Notes under the pieces: model-generated
What the model was told of the DNA's origin: nothing
Database searches by the model: none
The model's input: the letters and a program-made list of their open reading frames with translations, nothing else
Part shown: in pieces, positions 1 to 14,319 of the stretch
How the letters are laid out: every line of letters starts with the position of its first letter
Position numbering within the stretch: position 1 is the first letter of the stretch
Made by a program: the position numbers and the translations under genes
DNA from: Mobula birostris
Taxonomy: Eukaryota
DNA length: 64,000 bases
Assembly: GCF_030028105.1 (NCBI RefSeq)
Contig: NC_092397.1
Coordinates: forward strand, 22,454,630-22,518,629
Direction: 5' to 3'

Positions 1-328
1 TTATTTACCGTTAGTTTTATCACGCATTATACAATTTCAGTTTCATTTAATAAATTTAATATCTAATCCCCTGAGTTAAGATTTAAATGCATAATTACGG
101 AGTCGCTTCTCTAAACGAGTGAACTGATTCCTGTCCGAGACGGATAAAAGAATGAAGATCGATCTTAACGCGTTCAGAGGTTCTGAAGTAATCACCGACT
201 GGAAAGGCAGATTCGCAGGAATATTGCAAACCGAACCGATTAATGTGTTTCAAATGTAACTCAGCTGAATGTATCGATAAAAATAATTAAAAGGTTGTGG
301 ATACGGCTCCGTCTGTGAGGCGGTGGGT

Positions 329-344
329 GGCTCTTAGAAGAGCC
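329..344 (-). terminator. Histone mRNA 3' stem-loop (SLBP site) followed by ACCCA cleavage site and a purine-rich HDE-like element
   Basis: Minus strand reads AAA-GGCTCT-TCTA-AGAGCC-ACCCA about 34 nt after the H4 stop codon, then AGACGGAGCCGT (U7-pairing HDE-like). Confidence 0.95.
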
Positions 345-377
345 TTTGTTTCGTGCTCGGGAGGAAGTGGGAGTTTT

Positions 378-698
<321 letters not shown>

Positions 699-743
699 TC
701 ACTCAGGTCGCTGCTCACTGACAAACTGCCTGCTGCTGTCTCC

Positions 744-800
744 TTTTATACACAGCGCCCCGACCTGCCCGAGAAACGCGCAGAGAGACAGAGGCGGGGA
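744..800 (-). promoter_or_regulatory. H4 proximal promoter
   Basis: TATAAAA (minus) at 744-750, a CAGGTCGG element resembling H4 site II just upstream, GC box near 791-800. Confidence 0.7.
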
Positions 801-999
801 GGGGAGGAGACAGAGTCAGAGTGACGGACAGAGCCGAGAGCGGCCTCTCATCGTCCAGCTCCGCCTTCACTTTACCACACCCGCCAATTTCCAACGATTC
901 ATCCGACACAAAGCGCTCCAGCGAAAAACAAAACTCCCTCACACACAGTCTGAAAAGAACGAGAGCCAATGTCAGGCTAATAAACATGGTGGGACTGAT

Positions 1000-2430
1000 G
1001 GGCTGAAATGAGTTTATTTCAACACTAGGAGTACTATGTTATCGGACGGACAGGTCTGGCAGCTCAACATTCCTGGGTTTCATTGTTTTACATGTGAGTG
1101 GGGGGTTAAAAATGCAGAGGTTACCTCACTGGGAATGTCACAGCAAACTGGAAGGTTCATTTACAGAGGCAATCTGCAGTTACACTGTTGGGGTGTTTGT
1201 ATTGGCCCCGCAACAACCAGTGGGGGGACATTATCTTCTCTAGATTAACTGGAACTTGCTTAATTCTTAAATGCGCCAGATTTCTTCAGTGAATCTGAGG
1301 AGTGTTTGAAACATTATGTACAGGGCCCAACCAGAGGTGAGAACAGATGGGAATGAGCCAGGCCAGGTGACAGTTGAGAGTCAGTGAACATTTTGGGAAC
1401 AGTGATCACAAGTTTCTTTTTTTCTTAGTTACAAGTAAAAATAAAAGTAGATCTTGTATGAAGGTACTAATTTGCAGGAGGACAAGTCAGGACGGAGGAA
1501 GACAGGAGCCAGGCAACATTGATTGGGAGCAGCCACTGTCAGACAAGTCCACATCTGATGTGTGGGAGTTGTCTAAAGACCAGCAACTCTGAGTTCAGGA
1601 TCAGCATGTTCCGGTGAGGAGTGAGGAGAAGGATGGTAAGTAAGGGATTTTTAGACAAGCGGAGAGATCCTAAATTTAGTCAAAAGGTTATGGAAGGCTT
1701 GTGAAGCTAAAGTCAGACTGGGTACCTTTGGAATATAAAGGTAGCAGGGAAATGCTAAAGCAGGTGATAGGAAAGGCCAAAAGGGGCCACAAACTGTCCT
1801 TGTAATGTAGGACCAAAGATGATCCCAAGGCCTTGTGATTTGTATTAATAAGACGAGGATAACCAGAGAATAGAAATGTCGACTCAAGATTAAAGGAGGA
1901 ATGATGTGGTTGAAGTGAGATCAAGTGGCTGAGGTACTAAATGAGTATGTTGTGTCAGTATTTACTGAAGTGAAGGAATTGAATGGCAATGAAAACAGAA
2001 TGAGACATGCGAATGTGCAGAGACATTTTGAGAGTAAGGAGCAGGTTGTGCTGGGACGTCTGAAAAGCAATAAGATGGCTAAGACTCCAGGGCCTGAAGG
2101 CAAATATCCTACAACAGTGAAAGAAACAAGTGAGCAGATTGCCGGTGATTTGACAAGGATCTATGTGTCCTCGATCACAACATATGAGGTCCCACAGGAC
2201 TAGAGTGTCAGAAATATTGCAGCTTTGATCAAGAAGGGAAATAACAAGAATCCAGGAACCTATAGGCAAGGCAGCCCCATTTCAGTGGTAGAGAAGCTAC
2301 TGGGGAGGATATTGAGGTACAGGATTTATGCACATTTGGAAAGGCATGGCCTGCTTAGGGACAATCAACATGGTTTTGTGTGGGCAGATCATGCTTGACA
2401 AAATTGATTGAGGTTTCTCAGGAAGTGACA
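1000..2430 (+). mobile_element. Degenerate CR1 LINE ORF2 (APE endonuclease to RT start)
   Basis: Broken frames with CR1 motifs EHFGNSDH, MAEVLNEY..SVFT, KTPGPEG. Confidence 0.8.
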
Positions 2431-2434
2431 CAGG

Positions 2435-3000
2435 CTAAGATATAGGAGCAGAATTCAACCATTTGGCCCGTCGTCTGCTCCGACATTTCATTGTGGCTGA
2501 TCCATTTTTCCTTTCGGCCCCAGTCTCCTGCCTTTCCCCTGTATCCCTTCATACTCTGACCAATCAAGAATCTATCAACCTCTGCCTTAAATATACATAA
2601 AGTCCTAGCTTAACAGCTCCCTGTGGCAATGAATTCCACAGATGAACCACTCTCTGGCTAAAGAAATTCCTCATCTCCACATTCTACAAGGATATTCTTC
2701 TATTCTGAGGCTGTGTCCTGATATTAGACACTCCCACCCATCTTCTGCACATCCACTTTATCACTGCCTTTCACCATTCGATAGGTTTCAATTGGGCCAC
2801 CCCTCATTGTTCAAAAATTCCAGTGAATACAGGCCCAGAGCCATCAAACACTCTTCATATGACAAGATGTTTCATCCTGGAATCAATCTGGAGAACCTCC
2901 TTTGAAACCCATCGAGTTTCAGCTCATCCTTCCTTAGATGAAGGGCCCAAAACTGCTCACAATACTCCAGTGAGACCTCCACAGTACTTAATAAAGTCTG
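2435..3000 (-). mobile_element. CR1 LINE 3' fragment
   Basis: Minus frame LEYCEQFWALHLRKD..QRRFSRLIPG and CR1 3' UTR. Confidence 0.8.
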
Positions 3001-3179
3001 ATCATTACTATGATTGGCGCAGATATTGTGAGACGAAGGGCAGGTTGCCATCTGTTCCATATTGTGTACTGATGAATATGTTTGATCTGACAGTAATTGC
3101 AGGGACATGGTTACAGAGACTGGGACTTCGACATTCCACTATATTCAATGTTCCACACGGAATTGGCAAAATGTAAGTT

Positions 3180-4680
3180 ATTAGGTTTTATTGTTTTGCA
3201 ATGGATTTAATTTGGCTTTTTTGACACTGATCAACAGAAAAGACTATGGTGTCAAAGTGAAAACAGATCTAAATTAATTGTAAATATGAAACAAAATAAT
3301 TCATTGCCTTAGTATTTACCTCCTTCAAAGCCTTAATTAGTTGATGCACCTTTGGCAGTATTTACAGTTGAGTCTGTGTCGATAGGTGTCTATCAGCTTT
3401 GCACATCTGAACACTGCAATTTTTCCACATTCTTCTTTACAAAACTGCAGAAGCTCTGTCAGAATGCATGGGTTAGTGAGTGAACAGATCTTTTCAAGTC
3501 CAGCCACAAATTCTCAATTGGATTGAGGTCTGAACTCTCACAAAGCCACTCCAGGACATTAACTTTGTTGTTTTAAGGCATTCCTTTGCAGCTTTGGTTT
3601 TATGCTTGTGGTCATTGTCATGCTGGAAAATTAATTCTCTCCTAAGTCGCAGTTCTCTTGAAGACTGAATTTGGTTTTCCTCCAGGATTTCCCTGTATTT
3701 TGCTGCATTCATTTTACCCTCTACCTTTATGTGCCTTTCAGGGCCTGCTGCAGTGAAGCATACCCACAGGATGATGCAGCCTCCACCATACTTCACGGTA
3801 GGGATGGTATGTTTTTGATGTTGTGCGGTGTTTGGCTTACTCCAAACTTAGTGTTTGTGATGGTCAAAAGGTTCAATTTTGTTTTCATCAGACCATAGAA
3901 TCTTCTTCCAACTAACTTCAGAGTCCCCAACAATTCTGGGAAACTCCAGGGAAGATATCATCAGAGCATTTTTCAACACTGGCTTTTTCTCTGCCACTCT
4001 CCCGTAAAGCTGCGACTGGTGAAACACCCGGGCAACAGTTGATGTATGCACAATCTCTCCCACCACTGAAGCTTGTAACTCCTCTAGAGTTATCATAGGT
4101 CTCTTGGTGGCCTCCCCCACTGGCCCCTTCTTGCATGGCCATTCAGTTTTTGAGGATAGTCTGCTCTTGGTAGATTTACAGCTGTGCCATATACTTCCCA
4201 CTTCTGGATGAGTGACTTAACTGTACTCCAAGGGCATTCAGTGACTTGGAAATGTTCTTGTATCCATCTCCTGGCTTGTGTTTGTCAATTACCTGTTTGC
4301 AGAGCAGCTCAGAGTGTTGATTTGTCTTCACGGTGTAGTTTCTCCCAGGATACTGACTCACCAGCAGTTCGACCTTCCACTTACAGGTGTACTATTACTA
4401 CAATCAATTGAAACACCTTGACTGCACACGGTGATCCCCATTTAACTGATCATGCAACATCGAAAACTAGTTGGCTGCACCAATGATGATTCGGTGTGTC
4501 AGTGTCATATTAAAGGGGGTGAATAATTAAACAGACAATTATTTTGTGTTTTAGATTTGTAATTAGTTTAGAGCATTTTGTAGAGATTTGTTTTCCCTTT
4601 GACACAAAAGAGTCTTTTTCCATTGATTGGTTTCAAAAAAAGCCAAATTCAATCCACTGAGATTCAATGCTGTAAATTTT
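3180..4680 (-). mobile_element. Tc1/mariner DNA transposon, decayed, with long inverted terminal repeats
   Basis: Transposase pieces (HK.GDGYKNISKSL HTH, WSDENKIEPF, KYGGGCIILWVCF, FQHDNDHKH); about 3190-3325 is an imperfect reverse complement of about 4514-4670. Confidence 0.92.
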
Positions 4681-5344
4681 CATAGGAACTTTATATGTAG
4701 GGACAATGATGGTGAAAGGGGGAGGGAAAGACAACATTGGTAGGAGCGGCCTCAAGATCCTGGGGTGTGGTCAAAGGCATTCAAGGAAATATTAAATCAA
4801 AGAACATACAAAGAGGCGCTGGTGGTGCACAAGAGAATCAGAGATTTTCTAGGAACCAGTGAAAAGCTAAAAGTAAAAAGGAACACGCAGAGAAGTTCAC
4901 TCAATAATTTGCATTAGTGCTCACAGTGGGTCACAGCAAACATCCCACAGATATCTAACGGTGACATTTCAACATTGTGCCATAATGTATAACAATTGGC
5001 ATCACAAGGGAGAAACTAATGGGACTAAAAGCAAACTTTACCAGGTCCCAACGACCTGCACTGGAGGGTTTCACAGGAAGTCTGTAGAGAAAGTAGAGAC
5101 ATTGAAGTTTGTCAAAACTCACTGTTACAGAAAGGTCCCAGTGGAGTTGAAAACCATTGCTGAAGAAGGGTGGAAGATAAAAAGCAGGTAACTGTAGTCC
5201 TGTTAACTTCACTTCAGGTACTGGAGTTGATAATCTATCAAGAAATAACAAATCATTTGGAAAAGTTCAATGTCTACAGTCAGGTTCACACAGATTCCAC
5301 GATGACCAAAGTTCCCATCTGAGCTTGTGGTCTGTAACCCCCTC

Positions 5345-5870
5345 ACCACCACATTATGAAGAAGGTTATCCTCCTCCTTGTCCCATTTCTCTGCATTTGG
5401 CCCAGATACTTCAAAACCTTTTCTTTCCATCTATCTGTCCAAGTGCCTTTTTAATGTCCCTGACTCAACCATTCCCCCTAGCAGCTCATTCCATTTCCAG
5501 CCTCCAGGTCCCTCATGATTTTATACACCTCTGCAATATCAGCACTCATTCTCCAACATTACAGGGAAAATTATCCAAAACACCTTTCCACAAATCCTTT
5601 GAGATCCAGTAACATCCCCATAAATCTCCTCTGTGCTCTTTCCAGCTGAATGGTGTCTGTCATACAGCAGGGTCACAGAAACTAAACACTATTTGCAAAA
5701 TGTGGCCAAACCAACGTGTTGGACAACTGCAACATCTCATCCCAGCTTCTATATTCGGGGCCCTGAGTGAAGGCCAGTGTTCCAAAAGCCTCTTCACCAC
5801 CCTGTCCATCTGGAACCTGGTCTTGGACCCTGTAACCTGGGTTGTTGAATGTTAAGTCATGTTTGACAAA
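5345..5870 (-). mobile_element. Old CR1 3' fragment
   Basis: Minus frame EYRSWDEMLQL..TLVWPH and CR1-like 3' UTR. Confidence 0.6.
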
Positions 5871-5879
5871 CACACCAGA

Positions 5880-7325
5880 GATTTAAGACTTTACAGGGGA
5901 AGTTGGAGAAGCGGTGTTTTTGGATTTTCGGGAGCCATTTGCCAAGGTGCCACATGTAAGGCTGGTGCACAAGACCAGAGCTCAGTACTGGGAAGGAAGT
6001 GTGTTAATACTGACTGAAGACTGGTTACCATACTGAGACAGAATAACAGGTCTGTTTCAGACTGGGATGATATAACTAGTGGAGTGTCCCAGCGACCAGT
6101 TCTGGATTGTCAATGATTTACTATTGATATTAATGACCCGGAGGAGCGGCAGAGAGTGAGGAATCCACGGTGGCAATGACAGTGAATGTGGTGGGGGACA
6201 TGTTGTGATTGGACATTTCATCTCTTCAATGGGACATGGGAAGCTGGTGAGCAGAATACATGGTAAACGGAGTTTAATGTGGTGAAGTGTGAAGGCATGT
6301 CGAGTGGTAGGAGGAATCAAAAGTCAAACTATTATTTATGTGGAGATAAATTATAAATGAGAGAAATAGAGAGGGGTCGAGGTGCTGAACTACACAACAA
6401 AATAGAGACAGGAGCAGTGAGTGGTTCATAAAGCCATATATGACCAAGGTTTAGAGCTGAATGGTCCATTGACATTTACTGCTGGGGTGTTGGTGCAGAG
6501 AAACAGAGAAGTGTTGTTACTGTGACAGACAAGTGCACAATGATGGATTTTGGGAAGTTAAAGCAGGTCAGGACATACCCAGTGAATGGAGGGTCCTGAG
6601 GAGTGTTGATGAAAGAGAAACCTGGGGCACAGGTACCGTACTCCCTGAAAGTGGCAACACAGGCAGACAAGGTGGTGAAGAAGGAGCACAACATGCTTGT
6701 CTTCATCGGCAAAGGCTCTGAGAGGAGTTGGGACATCACATTACAGTTGTACAAATCAATAATGACACCACACCAGGAGTACCCTGTGCAGTTCTGGTTA
6801 CATGAGAGGAAGGATGTGATTAAGCTGGAAAGGTGCAGAAACAATTCACAGGAATGTTACCTGCTCTGGGGGCTTGAGTTACAAGGAAATATCAGACTGA
6901 CTGGGACTGTTTTCCCTGGAGTGAAGGAGACTGAGGGGGAGACCTGACAGAAGATTATAGAACTATGAGAGGTGTAAACAAGGTAAACAGGCAAGATCAT
7001 TTTGCCAGGGTAGAAATATCAAATATGAGAAGGCACAGCTTTAAAATGCCAGGGTGAGAATTTAAAGGTGGACATTAGGACAGGTAAGATTTCTGTTTCT
7101 GTACAGAGAGTGGTGAGGGCCGGGTATGGGCTGCCATGGGGAGTGGTGGAAGCAGATATAATAATGACATTTAACAGGGTTTTAGATAACCAAATGAATA
7201 TTCAGAGAATTGAAGCACATGAATTATAAGCAGGCAGAAGAGACTTAGTTTCATTTGGCATCGTGTTCAGCACAGACATCATGGGAAGAAGGGTCTGTTC
7301 CTGTGCTGTACTGTTCTGTGTTCTC
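5880..7325 (+). mobile_element. CR1 RT and 3'-end fragments
   Basis: LDF..AF.KVPH-like stretch, LKVATQADKVVKK, LQLYKS..PHQEYPVQFW, ending in a tgtactgttct tail. Confidence 0.75.
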
Positions 7326-7329
7326 GGTG

Positions 7330-7730
7330 AGCCTCAGTGACAGGGGAGTCTTTAGCCGGGGTCACAGACAAGTGTATCTGTGGCAAGGAGAGAGACTGCA
7401 CGATGGTGCATTGCCTCCCTGGTACCAGGGCCAAGGATGGAATTGAACAAGTACAGGCCATTCTGAAAGGGCAGGGTGAGCAGCCAGAGGTCGTGGTCCA
7501 TATTGACACCAACAAAAGAGAAAAGTCCTGCAAGGAGAACTCAGGGAGTCGGGGAAAAAGTTAAGTGGAAACTCTGTGGTCGGGGGTGGGGGGTGGAAAT
7601 CCCAGTGCCACCTGCTAGCGAGGGAAGAAATAAAAGTGTGATACAGTTATATGTGTGGTTCACGAGCTGGTGCAGGATGGAGGGTTTTAGTTACATGGAT
7701 CATTGGGCTCTCCTTCAGGACAGGTGATGG
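7330..7730 (+). mobile_element. CR1 ORF1 (SGNH esterase domain) fragment
   Basis: MVHCLPGTRAKD..ILKGQGEQPEVVVHIDTN, typical of the CR1 ORF1 esterase. Confidence 0.8.
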
Positions 7731-7779
7731 GAAGAGTAAGATGTCAGCAACTGGCATTGACGGATGTGGATTAACACAG

Positions 7780-8245
7780 GAAGTAAGTCCAAATGGATAA
7801 ATTACAGTGTCTCAGTAGCATTACAAGTGCACAGATATACAAATATCAGAAGAGAAGCAAGAGAAAGAATAAAAAGTCAGTTACCTCCAACAGTCTAACA
7901 TGGGGGTGGGGTGGGGTGGGGGGGGGGGGTCATCACTTCCCCGGCTATAGGTTGACTCATTATTGACCCTGACAGCCCAGTGTAAGAATGACTTCATACA
8001 GCGCTCCTTGGAGCAGCAGAGTTGTCTTATTCTGTTACAGAAGGTGCTCCTCTGTTCAGTCAAGGTGGCATGCAGAGGGTGAGAAACATTGTCCAGGATT
8101 GCCAGGATTTTCCGTAGGGTCCTTTGTTTTACCACGGCCCCCAGTGTGTCCAGTTTCTCTCCTATAACAGAACCAGCCTTTCCAATCAGTTTATTGAGTC
8201 AGATGGCATCACCCGTGTTGGTGCCATTGGCCCAGTACACCACTG
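7780..8245 (-). mobile_element. Rex1/Babar-like non-LTR 3' end
   Basis: ILAILDNVSHPLHATL..RIRQLCCSKERCMKSF C-terminal domain. Confidence 0.75.
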
Positions 8246-9289
8246 TGAAGTTAGGCCGAGTTACTGAGCACAGTGGCACTGAGGGCCTGAAGTGTGTTTA
8301 TATCAGTGCAGTGTGGAACGGTTACGGCAGACGTACTTAGAGCCTGGATTAGTACATGGCATGGCGACTCAGCCATTACAGAGATCTGGCTGAGAGAAGG
8401 GCAGCACTGACAGATAAACATTCCAGGATTCAGATGATTCAGACAGTCCAGAGGGAGGTGAATGAGGTTCGGGCTCTGTACTGCTGATCAGGCAGAATGT
8501 CACAAGGTCAAGGTCATCCCAGAGGCTCATCCAGTAAGACAATGTGGGTAGAAATCAGGAATAAGAAAGGTGCAATCACCATGATGGGATTATACTGTCG
8601 GCCTCCCAATAGCCAGTAAGAGACAGAAACAGATATGTTAGCAGGCTATGGGATGATGCAAAAACTGCAGAGTAGATTTGGTGAGTGAATATCTCCTCAG
8701 AGTAACTGGGACTCCGTTACACCCTGAGGCTTGGATGGGGCATTATTTGTGTTCGGGAAGGTTTCCTGAAACAATATGTCGTCCACCAGGGAGGGCGACA
8801 TTCTTGACTTCACCTTGGGAAATATGGGACTCAGCAGAGTGGTGGCAGGAACAACCAGTGTTCAAAGAGGAATTAGACAGGTCCTTCAGGGGAAATGACC
8901 TGCACAGCTGTGGGGACAGAGTGGGGAATGGGATTGTGGAAATGTTGTAGCAGGAGTTGGTATTAACTTGATGGGTCAAATAGTCTCGACGATCACAGAA
9001 TGATTCTCTGCCCAATAATAGTCTGAAAGGATCATTCTGGTCGCCAGTGAATCTTCCAAGCTCCAGGATGGACAAGATCAATTGTGTAATAAGGACACAC
9101 TTCTGTTGAAACACTGACACTATATATCAAGCACACTGAGCTGCCAGAGCACAGCACCGGCCAGTGAGGACACAGACCAGTACAACACCCGGCTCTCTAC
9201 TACAAAGTTCAAAGCTGAAAATAAATGTACTATCAAAATACATTTCTGTCACCATATACAACCCTGAGGTTAGTTTTCTTGTGGGCATA

Positions 9290-11740
9290 CTGCTGGTTTG
9301 TTAGAGCAGTTGGGGAGGGTTGAAACTAATTTGGCAGGGGCGTGGGAACAGGCATGAAAAGACTCAGGGTAGGACAGATGGTAAAGAAAGCAAAGATCGC
9401 ATGCAGTCACACTGTCAGGAAGGGCAGGCAGATGATAGGACATAACTGCAGCCAGCAGGGTGAGTATCAGTGCATGAGGGATGCAGAATCAATAAGGGTA
9501 GCAAATACAGTACTCAAACTGTTATATCTCAATACGCAGAGTATAAGAAATAAGGTGGATAATCTTATTGCCCTATTATGGATTGTTGTGACCATCACTG
9601 AATCACGGCTGAAGAATGTTTGTAGTTGGGAGCTAAGTGCCCAAGGTTACACGTATCAGAGGGACAGGAAGGTAGGCAATGGGGATGGAATGGCTCTGCT
9701 GATAAAGAATGGTAACAAACCAGTAGAAAGATGTGACAAAGGATCGGAAGATGTTGAATCCTTGTGAGTTGAGGTAAAAACCTGCAAGTGTAAAAAGGAC
9801 GTTGATGGCAGTTGTACACAGGCCTACAACAGTTGCTGGGATGTGGGCCACAGATTACAACAGGAAATAGAAAAGGCAGGTCAAAAGGGGAATGTTATTT
9901 GAGATTTCATGGGAGTCAGGGGAGATTTTAACATGCAGGTTGATTGGGAAAATCAGGTTGGAAATAGATCTCAAGAGAGTGAGTTTGCTGAATGCTGAAC
10001 AGATGGCTTTTTGGAGCAGTTTGTCATTGAGGTACTAGCGGATCACCTATACTGGATTATGTGTTATTGAATAAACTGGAGGTGATTTGGGAGCTTAAGG
10101 TAAAAGAACCCTTAGGAGGCAGTGGTCTCAGTATCACTGAGTTCAACTTGAAATTGGACAGGGAGAATGTACAGTCTGACACAGCAGTGTTTCAGTGGAG
10201 TTAAGGTAGTTACAGTGGTTTGAGAGAGGAGTTGGCTAAAGTAAATTGGAAGGAAATGCTGGCAGGGATGGCAGCAGAGCAGCAATGGTGTGAGTTTCTG
10301 GGGAAAATGAGGAAGGTGTAGGATAAATGTATTCCAGAAACAAACAAATACTCAAATGGCAAAATAGTACAACCGTGGCTGACAAGGAAGTCAATGCTAA
10401 TGTAAAACCAAAAGGGAGGGCATACAACAAGCAAAAATTATTCAGAATACAGAGGATCGGGAAGCTTTAACAGCTGACAGAGAGCAACCTAAAGAGGGAA
10501 GAGATGAAACATGCAAGCAAGCTGGCAAACATGATCAAAATGGATAGTTTTAGCTTTTTCAAGTACGTAAAAATAAAAGAGAGGTGAGACTGGGTAAAGG
10601 ACTGCTAGAAAATGAGGCCAGAGGAATAATAACGGCGGGGGTTGGGGGGGATACAAGGAAATGGCAGATGAACTAAATGAGTATTTTGTATCAGTGGAAG
10701 ATACTAGCAGTGTGCCAGGTGCTGAAGGGTGTGAGGGAAGAGAAGAGCAGTTATTATTACAAGGGAAAAGGTGCTCAAAAAGCTGAAAGACCTGAGGGTT
10801 GATAAGTCACCCGGACCAGATGAACTGTACCCCAGGGTTCTGAAAGAGGTAACGCTCCTGACTGACCGTGTGAAGGAAATGGAGCTGGAGATGGACAGAC
10901 CCAGAGTTTCCAGGATGCTGAGACCAGAGATTCAGTGGGTTGGTCAAACTTGAGGTCAGGCTGCAAATAGTTTGGTCGCGACCACGACTGGAAAGGGGAA
11001 GAGACAGACAGTGCAATGTCTCCCTGTGGCTGTGACCCTCGGTAACAAGTACACTCATTTGGATACCCCTGGGAGGATGATGAACCAGAGCACAGCAGCC
11101 CGTCAGGTCGGTGGTACTGACACCCCGGTCCGATGCTCCGCGGGAGGAAAGGTCAATCACAGCAGTGATGACAGCAGACTCACAGTACAGGGGATGTGCA
11201 GGAGATTCTGTGGCCGCAACAGAGATGACACGATGGTGTGTCCCCTCCTGGGTACCAGGGTCAGGCACGTCTCAGATGTGCAGAATTACCAAAAGATAAA
11301 CTTGCTGGTTGAGCCGGTGGCAAGGAAGAGCCAAATGCAATGTTAGCATTCATTTAGAGAGGAGTACAATACAAAAGCAAGGATGTAATGCTGAAGATTG
11401 ATAAGGCATTGGTCTGCTCACACTTGGAGTATTGTCAACTGTTTTGTGCCCCTTATCTAAAAAAGTACGTGCTCGCATAGGAGAGGGTCCAGAGGAGGTT
11501 CACAAGAATGATCCTGGCAATAAAAGGGTTAATGCACAAGGATTGTTTGATGGCTCTGGGCCTGTACTCAATGGACTTTAGAAGAATGAGGGAATCTTGT
11601 TGAAACCGATCAAATATCGAAAGGCCTGGGATGGAGTGGGCAGTCTAGGACCACAGGACACAGCGTCAGAATACTAGGACACCCTGTTAGAACAAAGATG
11701 AGGAGTAATTTCCTCAGTAAAGGTAGTGAATCTGTGAAGC
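9290..11740 (+). mobile_element. CR1 LINE patchwork (APE-RT start, an ORF1 piece at about 10850-11290, RT end)
   Basis: LYLNTQSIRNKVD, VDKSPGPDELYPRVLKEV, MVCPLLGTRVRHVS, ERVQRRFTRMI-like motifs with many stops. Confidence 0.8.
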
Positions 11741-11744
11741 CTAT

Positions 11745-13885
11745 GTCAGGATGTTGTTCATTGACTAGAGCTCAGTGTTTAACACCATCATTCCCACAGT
11801 CCTGATTACTAAACTACAGAACCTGGTCCCTCTGCAGTTGGATCCTTGACTTCCTAACCGGGAGACCACAATCTGTGCAGACTGGTGATAATCAGAATGT
11901 GTGGATTAATGGAGTCGGGCTAACCCCTATTGACATCAATGGATCCGGGGTTAAGAGGGTAAACAGCTTTAAGTTCCTCGGCATCAATATTGCTGAGCTC
12001 ACATGGTCTATACATACAGGCTGAGTGGTGAAAAAGGCACAACAGCGTCACTTTCACCTCAGACAGTTGAGGAAGTTTGCTATGGGCCCCCAAATCCTAA
12101 GGACTTTCTACAGGGGCACCATTGAGAGCATCCTGACTGGCTGCATCACTGCCTGATATGGGAACTGTACCTCCCTTAATCGCAGGACTCTGCAGAGAGT
12201 GGTGTGGACAGGCCAGCACATCTGTAGTTGTGAACTTCCCATGATTCAAGACATTTACAAAGACAGGTGTGAGAAAAGAGCCTGAAGGATCACTGGGGAC
12301 CTGAGTCACCCCAACCACAATCTATTCCAGCTGCAACCATCCAGGAAATGGTACCGCAGCATAAAAGCCAGAACCAACAGGCTCTGGGACAGCTTCTTCC
12401 ACCAGCCTATCAGACTGATTAACTCACACTGATTTGAGGGCATTTCTATGTTACATTGACTGTTCTATTTATTATCAATGATTATAAATCACTATGATTG
12501 CACATTTAGACAGAGACATAACGTAAAGATTTTTACTGCTCATGTACGTGAAGGATGTAAGAAATAAAGTCAATTCAAGTTCAAATTAATATCTTCTCTT
12601 CGCTGATGATCAACACTGGCCCTGGTGCACCTCAGGGATGTGTGCTTAGCCGACTGCTCTACTCCCTCTATAACCATGACCGTGTGACTATAGCTCAAAA
12701 GCCAACTACAAATCTGCTGTTGGTAGAATTTCAGATGGAGAGGACAGGGCATACAGGAGTAAGATTTACCAGCTGGCTGAGTGGTATCACAGCAACAACC
12801 TTGTGTTTAATGTCAGTAAAACAAAAGAGCTGATTGAAGGAAGGGTGCGATGAGGGAACATGAACCAATTCTCAGAGAAGGATCAGAAGTGGAGAGAGTG
12901 AACAATTTCAAATTCCTGGGTGTCAACATCTCTGAGGATCTAACCTGGTCCCAACATATTGATGCAGCTACAGTATAAAAAAGGCAAGACAGTGGATATA
13001 TTTTATCAGGAGTTTGAAGATATTTGGTCTGTCACTTTAAAACACTCAAAAACTTCTATAGATGTATTCTATATACTGTATATTATTTAAACTATATTAT
13101 TTGTTTTTGCACTGTTTTTAATCTACATAATATATGTATCCCTATACACACATACTGATTTATTTATTCTTTCTATATTATCATGTACTGCATTAAACTG
13201 CTGCTGCTAAATTAACAAATTTCATGACACCTGCCGGTGGTAATGAACTTAATTCTGGTTCTGACTCTGAATTCATCCCCACAGACGGCTGTGGCCAATT
13301 CATTGGGGATACTGCATCATCACTGCCTGGTTCGGAAATTGCACCGTCTTGGATCGCAAGACCCTGCAGCGGATAGTGAGGACAGCTGAGATCATCATCG
13401 GGGTCTCTCTTCCCACCATTACAGACATTTACACCACACGCTGCACCCGTAAAGCCAACAGCATTGTGAAGGACCCCACACACCCCTCATACAAACCCTT
13501 CTCCCTCCTGCCATCTGGCAAAAGGTACCGATGCATTCGGGCTGTCACGACCAGACTGGGTAACAGTTTCTTCCCCCAAGCCATCCGACTCCTTAATACC
13601 CAGAGTCTAGACTGACAGCTACATCATTATTATATTGTAATTTGTCCTGTACTGTGGCTATTGCTTTGTTTATTATTTATTGTACTGCCCTGCACTGTTT
13701 TGTGCACTTTGTGTAGGTCCGTAGTCCAGTGTAGTTTCTGCGTCGCCTTTTCTTATCTCACTTAGTCTAGTGTAGTTTTGTGTTGTTTCATGTAGCACCA
13801 TGGTCCTGGAGGAATGTTGTTTTGTTTTTACTGCGTACTGCACCAGCAGCTTATTGTTGAAATGACAATAAAAAGTGACATGACT
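11745..13885 (+). mobile_element. Three consecutive Rex1/Babar-like non-LTR fragments (about 11745-12580, 12590-13260, 13305-13885)
   Basis: INTGPGAPQGCVLS..LYSLY, FKFLG, DRKTLQRIVRTAE..KDPTHPS..LPSGKRYR..SFFPQAIRLLN, with microsatellite-like tails. Confidence 0.8.
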
Positions 13886-14319
13886 GTATTTAATGTGGAG
13901 GTTCTTGATTCTTGGTGGGGGTAGGAAGAGGATTTGAGAGGGTTAAGAGATCTGTCATGATCGTTGATCCCTGGCAGAATGGTGCAGCAAACTGCATGGG
14001 GCCAAATGGCCTAATTCTTCTCCTGTACTTCATGGTCTGATGGTCTCGCAGCAGTCGCAGGACATTTCAAATGGAAGGCTGAGCAGCCAGACATGGTGGT
14101 GGACGGTGCATGTTAGTAATAGCAATGTAGGGAGGAGGCGGGATGTGCCCTGTGCAGTAAATATAGAGAAAGAAGAGAGAAACTAAAATTACTAAGCTTC
14201 ATATTACCGCCAGTGACACTTGTTAGTGCAGAGAGATACAGGAAGATACCACTGATGAATGTGTGGCTGAGAATCTGGTGCAGGGGACAGTTTCATGGAT
14301 TAATGGAATCATCTGGAGA